From a virus (Duplodnaviria > Caudoviricetes): a stretch of 35,876 nt of DNA. The stretch lies in the IMG/VR virus record IMGVR_UViG_3300017565_000340, positions 1 to 35,876 of that record; one strand, given 5' to 3'. Shown here one piece after another: positions 31,876 through 35,876 of the stretch. Both the position numbers and the translations under genes were made by a program. Below the pieces are notes generated by a model that saw only the letters and a program-made list of their open reading frames with translations, had not been told where the DNA came from and did not search any database. Each line of letters starts with the position of its first letter. The stretch's first letter is position 1.

Positions 31876-32333
31876 AAGACCAATCCTTCATTCTTCGCAA
31901 GGGCCCACGCAACTTCACGTCGCTGATGGCGTTCCTGTCGTCCCTTCCAACCGACCGGGAATTTCAGGTCACCATCGGCGGCGTGAAGAAGGAGCGCAGC
32001 GATCCGCAAAATCGTGCGCTGTGGGGTTGCGCCTATCGCACGCTGTCTGAGGCCACCGGCAACGATCCAGAAGATTTGCACGCCTACTTTTGTGGGGAAT
32101 TTTTTGGTTGGTCCGAGTATGAAATCCTCGGCCAGCGCCGCAAGCGGCCGCTGCGAACGACGACGAAAAACGAGCGCGGCGAGCGTGACGTTATCAGCAC
32201 GCTGCAGTTGTCGGACTTCTATTCGTTCATTCAGAGGCGCGCCGCCGAAACCGTGGGCGTGTTTGTTCCCGATCCTGACCCCATGTGGCATGCCGACATG
32301 CGAGCCATGGAGGACAAGTGTCGTGCAGCGTAA
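31872..32333 (+). CDS. NinB/YbcN-like recombination protein
   Basis: RSDPQNRALW..Y..L, LH.YF...F.G and T......S.F...I patterns; start ATG 31872. Confidence 0.75.
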   Translation: MKDQSFILRKGPRNFTSLMAFLSSLPTDREFQVTIGGVKKERSDPQNRALWGCAYRTLSEATGNDPEDLHAYFCGEFFGWSEYEILGQRRKRPLRTTTKNERGERDVISTLQLSDFYSFIQRRAAETVGVFVPDPDPMWHADMRAMEDKCRAA

Positions 32334-32643
32334 CCGCCTCTCCCTGCTGCATGACCTGCCCTGCATCGCCTGCACACTGGAGCGATGCACCCAGCCGCTT
32401 CGCACCGAAGCTCATCACATCGTGAGCCAGAGCTACCGCAAGCACTCCGGTGGCGATGCGGCGACGATCCCGCTCTGTAGCTGGCATCATCGCGGCGAGC
32501 TGCTCTATCCGCTGTCCAGCCGGGAAATGACCGAGCTATACGGCCCATCGTTCGCCCGACAGAAACGCGCGTTCATCGCGAACTATGGCACTGAGCGCGA
32601 GCTGTTGGCGCTCACGAACAAGCAACTGGAGCGCGCGGCATGA
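32323..32643 (+). CDS. Ref/DUF968-like HNH-fold nuclease
   Basis: LPCIAC..EAHH..TIPLCSWHHRG..YGPS..F...YGTE.ELL; GTG start with GGAGGA RBS. Confidence 0.8.
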   Translation: MQRNRLSLLHDLPCIACTLERCTQPLRTEAHHIVSQSYRKHSGGDAATIPLCSWHHRGELLYPLSSREMTELYGPSFARQKRAFIANYGTERELLALTNKQLERAA

Positions 32644-32891
32644 ACACACGGAAGCGCGACCGAAAATACCCGTTCGCAGAAATGGTACCCGGCGAGACCT
32701 GCATCATTGAGACGCCGGTATCTCCGCGCAATTTTCGCTGCTACCTGTATCAGCGCTCCAACTCATTGAGCCGTCGATTCCTGAGTCACCACATGGGCGA
32801 TGGGAAATTCATCGTGAAGCGCATCGATGGGCTGCCGAATGAAGATGAGATTGCCGGGAACTGGTGGAAATCTGTGGAGGCAGCGGCATGA
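32640..32891 (+). CDS. Small putative DNA-binding protein
   Basis: RKYPFAEM.PGE...I..VKRI pattern; ATGA-coupled. Confidence 0.65.
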   Translation: MNTRKRDRKYPFAEMVPGETCIIETPVSPRNFRCYLYQRSNSLSRRFLSHHMGDGKFIVKRIDGLPNEDEIAGNWWKSVEAAA

Positions 32892-32928
32892 GCGACTTGG
32901 ACCACGCCGAGCAGAAGGCACATCTGTA

Positions 32929-33147
32929 ATGGACCCCGCAATTCTCGGTTTCCTTCTCGGCTTCTCCATCGGCGGGATCATCCAGAGCGCGTTGTACAAG
33001 CACTGGGTGATCGCTGAGAAGGCGAAGCACGGCACCGCTGAGTACATCCGCGGCAAGGCGCACTACATCATCACGGATGAGGACTGGAAGATCCTGGAAG
33101 CATGCCGCTCGACACAGCGCGACTCGGGAGATATCGATGGACCTTGA
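32929..33147 (+). CDS. Small membrane protein
   Basis: MDPAILGFLLGFSIGGIIQ N-terminal hydrophobic segment. Confidence 0.6.
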   Translation: MDPAILGFLLGFSIGGIIQSALYKHWVIAEKAKHGTAEYIRGKAHYIITDEDWKILEACRSTQRDSGDIDGP

Positions 33148-33349
33148 TCCAACCGAGCAGCAGGCGCTCTGCCGCGACTATCCCCGCGGCTGTCTGCCAC
33201 CGGCTGACGTCGGTCTAAACCGCGCCCGCTGGGCTGAGGCGCAGTTCATCCAGGGGCTGCGCACCGAGCCGTGCCGCGTATGTAGCCTGTCACGATTCCC
33301 GCAGGAACTGGACGGCGGCAAGTGCATTGATCGGAGTGAGTGCAGATGA
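33137..33349 (+). CDS. Small Cys-rich protein
   Basis: GGGAG RBS; WAEAQ...GLR..PCRVC....FPQEL. Confidence 0.6.
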   Translation: MDLDPTEQQALCRDYPRGCLPPADVGLNRARWAEAQFIQGLRTEPCRVCSLSRFPQELDGGKCIDRSECR

Positions 33350-33537
33350 GTGACCCACGCACCGCAGATGAGAAGGTTCGCGCAAGGGCACTGGAGTATT
33401 TTACCAGGTACTTCGAGGACAACTATCCAGGACCGAGCACGATCATTCACAACCCGCGCTGGCACGCGCCCAAGATTTTTCGTGCGGCGGAATGGGCGTT
33501 GCTGCAGGCGGCGAAAGACGTGGAGGCCACATCATGA
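33346..33537 (+). CDS. Hypothetical protein
   Basis: YF..NYPGP.TII.NP.WHAPKIFRAA; ATGA-coupled. Confidence 0.65.
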   Translation: MSDPRTADEKVRARALEYFTRYFEDNYPGPSTIIHNPRWHAPKIFRAAEWALLQAAKDVEATS

Positions 33538-33680
33538 CGCCCCCGAAGGACGATCTGCCGCAGTTCCTGGTGAAGTGTGGCGTGGTCCTCATTATCGCGT
33601 CACTGACCACCGCCGTGCTCAGCAACTGCAAGGTCACAATCACATGGGAAAAGCCGAAGCCAGTCGAGGCACGATCATGA
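33534..33680 (+). CDS. Small membrane protein
   Basis: 48 aa with one hydrophobic segment; GGAGG RBS; ATGA-coupled on both sides. Confidence 0.55.
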   Translation: MTPPKDDLPQFLVKCGVVLIIASLTTAVLSNCKVTITWEKPKPVEARS

Positions 33681-34225
33681 CAAAAGAGAAGGTCATTCTC
33701 ATCACCGATCCAGAAGCCGCCAGCGAACGCACGCTAACTGGCTGGGTCAGCCGCGACGGCCACTTCTGGGGCAAAGATGAACGCATGGCGCGTTGGTCTG
33801 GATGCACGCACATTATCTGCGAGTGCGGCAAGCCGACTCCGAAGTCATATACAAAATGTGACGACTGTCGAGAGAAGGCGTATTGCGAGCGGTATCTGGC
33901 CCTTCCCGTGGCCGATGCCGGAGATGGTCCGTTCTGTGTCTACCAGGACGACCGCTACTTCTGGAGCCTACAGGAGGTCTACGACTACTGCTACGACGAG
34001 GACATCAAGCCAAGTTCGCTGATGCTTGTTCTCGCGGAACCTCACTACGCGCGCCAAGTGGACGAGGACTACTGGTCCGATGACTTGCCCGAGGATGGCG
34101 AGTTGCCAGACGACATCGCTACGGCGCTTAAGGCATTGAACGACGTAATTCGCGCTCGAAAGGAGCCGAGCTGCTGGTACGCCAGCGACAAGCGCGTGAC
34201 CGTTCCTGACGAGGTGCCGGCATGA
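33677..34225 (+). CDS. Conserved phage protein with Zn-finger
   Basis: TGWVSRDG.FWG.DE.MARW.GCTH..CECG..C..C; acidic C-terminus; start ATG 33677. Confidence 0.8.
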   Translation: MTKEKVILITDPEAASERTLTGWVSRDGHFWGKDERMARWSGCTHIICECGKPTPKSYTKCDDCREKAYCERYLALPVADAGDGPFCVYQDDRYFWSLQEVYDYCYDEDIKPSSLMLVLAEPHYARQVDEDYWSDDLPEDGELPDDIATALKALNDVIRARKEPSCWYASDKRVTVPDEVPA

Positions 34226-35706
34226 ACGACGTCACCCGGACATCGAAAGAGAAGGCCTCCGAGGAACGGCTACGCAACACCCGCGATTGGGCCGCCGCCC
34301 GACTCGGTCAATTGTCCGGCGCTGAAGTGATCGTCAGCGCAATCGACGAACTGTTAGAGATGCGGGAGGACTGGAAGACGATCTGCGACGCCGCCGACGC
34401 AATGCCAGAAACTGGCTGTGGTCGGTGCGAACGGTATCGAAATGAAACTGGTCACTACCCATACTGCCCTGTCGGCGAAGGCACGCAGGCCGGAATATGC
34501 AGCTGCAATCTGAGGCCAACTCCCGAACCGCAGCCGGCCGCTGAGGTAGAGATCGATGCCGCTGCAATCTATCTACCGGGCCGGGCCGCGATCCAGGGCG
34601 AGTGTATCCCCGACAACCCGATCCCATTCGGTGACGGGATTCCACGATTTGGCCGCGTTGCGCCGTGTCGTCGAGAGCCGGTTACCGTCGATGCGTCAGC
34701 TCCCGAACCGGCGGCTGCTCCGCGCGATCCCGACGGCTACGCCTATAGGTACGCAACCGACGGCGGCGACGTAATCAGATTCAACGGCGGTGGGCGGGTA
34801 AACGACAGGGACCCAGTAGAGGCAATCCCGTATTTTTTCGGGACGCCGCCGGCCAGCGAGCCGATGCGCCAGGGTTTCGCGCATATTGAGCGACAATCGC
34901 AACCGCATGCAGCGCGATCGGAAGACGACGAGGGACTTGTCTGCGTTGTCGCCTGTCGCCTTGCCGAACTGGACGGGCACGATGATCCGCATCATCTGAT
35001 CTGGTCGGGCGGGCCGGTGCCCGAACCAGAAGGCGAAGTGTGGTGCCGATATGAAGGCACCGCGAAAAAACTGCTGCGCCTAATTGGTGATCACAGAGCC
35101 GCGCAAACGGCGGCCCTGCCGAAGGGAATCGCGGCCATGCGACCCGCCCCCCGCCATGGAGCGGACCGCATTGACGCCGAGCGGTGGCGAACGCTGACGG
35201 CGGGCATGCACGGCGGCGAGCATGACGAATTTATCGTGCTGTGGAACGATCCAGAGGACGGAGACAGCTATCCGATGAGCGGAGACGACCTCGCAAAGAG
35301 AGTCGATACCCTGCGCTCGTCATCGGAAGCGACCGGCAGGCCTGCTCGAACGCTGTGCGAGCGCGCAGACGTACTACCCGAGGGGTTCGCGCCAATCACT
35401 GATGTAGCGCTTGCTGAACATCGACTCACTGCACAGAGTGTGACACTACGCTCTGCACTGATCGAGCTGCAGATGCGCAGAGCAGCCAACCGGCAGGGCC
35501 GTGATGCAGAGGATGCGGCTCGCTACCGCTGGCTCCGAGAGCGTCATGAATTCCCGACGCCCGCACTGACGGGAATCCCTTGGTCCGTTCATATCGTGAT
35601 CGAGCACAGCATGCCGACCGTGCAACCGTGCTGGGGTACTCAGCTCGATACCGCAGTTGATGTTCAGCGATCTGCGTCATCGGAAACGAAGGGAGAAGGT
35701 CGATGA
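34222..35706 (+). CDS. Mosaic Ead/Ea22-like accessory protein
   Basis: 494 aa of short modules joined by Ala/Pro linkers; DAERWRTL and DAARYRWLRE motifs. Confidence 0.65.
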   Translation: MNDVTRTSKEKASEERLRNTRDWAAARLGQLSGAEVIVSAIDELLEMREDWKTICDAADAMPETGCGRCERYRNETGHYPYCPVGEGTQAGICSCNLRPTPEPQPAAEVEIDAAAIYLPGRAAIQGECIPDNPIPFGDGIPRFGRVAPCRREPVTVDASAPEPAAAPRDPDGYAYRYATDGGDVIRFNGGGRVNDRDPVEAIPYFFGTPPASEPMRQGFAHIERQSQPHAARSEDDEGLVCVVACRLAELDGHDDPHHLIWSGGPVPEPEGEVWCRYEGTAKKLLRLIGDHRAAQTAALPKGIAAMRPAPRHGADRIDAERWRTLTAGMHGGEHDEFIVLWNDPEDGDSYPMSGDDLAKRVDTLRSSSEATGRPARTLCERADVLPEGFAPITDVALAEHRLTAQSVTLRSALIELQMRRAANRQGRDAEDAARYRWLRERHEFPTPALTGIPWSVHIVIEHSMPTVQPCWGTQLDTAVDVQRSASSETKGEGR

Positions 35707-35876
35707 GCGAAAAGCTGCAGGATCTGCGTCTGCAGGCATCTGTACTGCAAAGCCAGATTTGGGAACTGGAGGCGACCGAGCGGCGCAAAGCCAGCGATCG
35801 TCTCGTCGGCAAGTGCTTCCTGTACCGAAATTGCTACTCGTGCCCGAAGGGGCCAGAGGACTACTGGAATCTGTAC
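35703..35876 (+). CDS. Hypothetical protein, truncated by the window end
   Basis: ATGA overlap; MSEKLQDLRLQ..VGKCFLYRNCYSCP open to the end of the window. Confidence 0.65.
   Translation, partial: MSEKLQDLRLQASVLQSQIWELEATERRKASDRLVGKCFLYRNCYSCPKGPEDYWNLY

Larger units (their letters stand above)
1..35876. mobile_element. Temperate phage/prophage segment (P22-like podovirus morphogenesis genes, lambdoid cI/cro switch); ends lie outside the window
   Basis: Continuous phage gene order: lysis, tail, ejection, capsid, portal, terminase, replication, immunity, recombination. No host housekeeping genes. Confidence 0.95.

Noticed and set aside
1-35876. CRISPR array or mini-array, integrase, att site, IS elements
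   Set aside because: No regularly spaced repeats, recombinase or transposase motifs were seen; they may lie outside the window.

Overview
The whole window is one temperate, lambdoid-regulated phage or prophage with a P22-like podovirus morphogenesis module; no host genes, integrase or att site are visible. From left to right: (1) an anti-CRISPR locus (1-1058) with two small unknown ORFs, a clear AcrIF11 homologue and an Aca-like HTH gene; (2) on the minus strand, a lysis cassette, tail adhesin and fibre, three ejection proteins, GNAT, nozzle, adaptor, capsid, scaffold, portal and terminase (1048-21563); (3) the early/replication arm with helicase, initiator plus iterons, tRNA-Met, cII-like and cro genes; (4) the immunity region with five ACAGG-N5-CCTGT-type operators; (5) the plus-strand early operon with Bet, NinB-like, Ref-like and many small ORFs. 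Three observations stand out. (a) Five late, structural-type genes carry apparent cleavable export signals (four Sec, one Tat), including the tail fibre, whose signal sits directly before what looks like the usual fibre N-terminus; this suggests extracytoplasmic folding or assembly of virion appendages. (b) The lipoprotein next to the repressor ends in a segment 20/37 identical to the phage's own scaffold protein. (c) A tRNA-like RNA with an extended anticodon arm and a UCA triplet lies just after the pL-like promoter. All family assignments come from motif recognition by eye; no database search was run.
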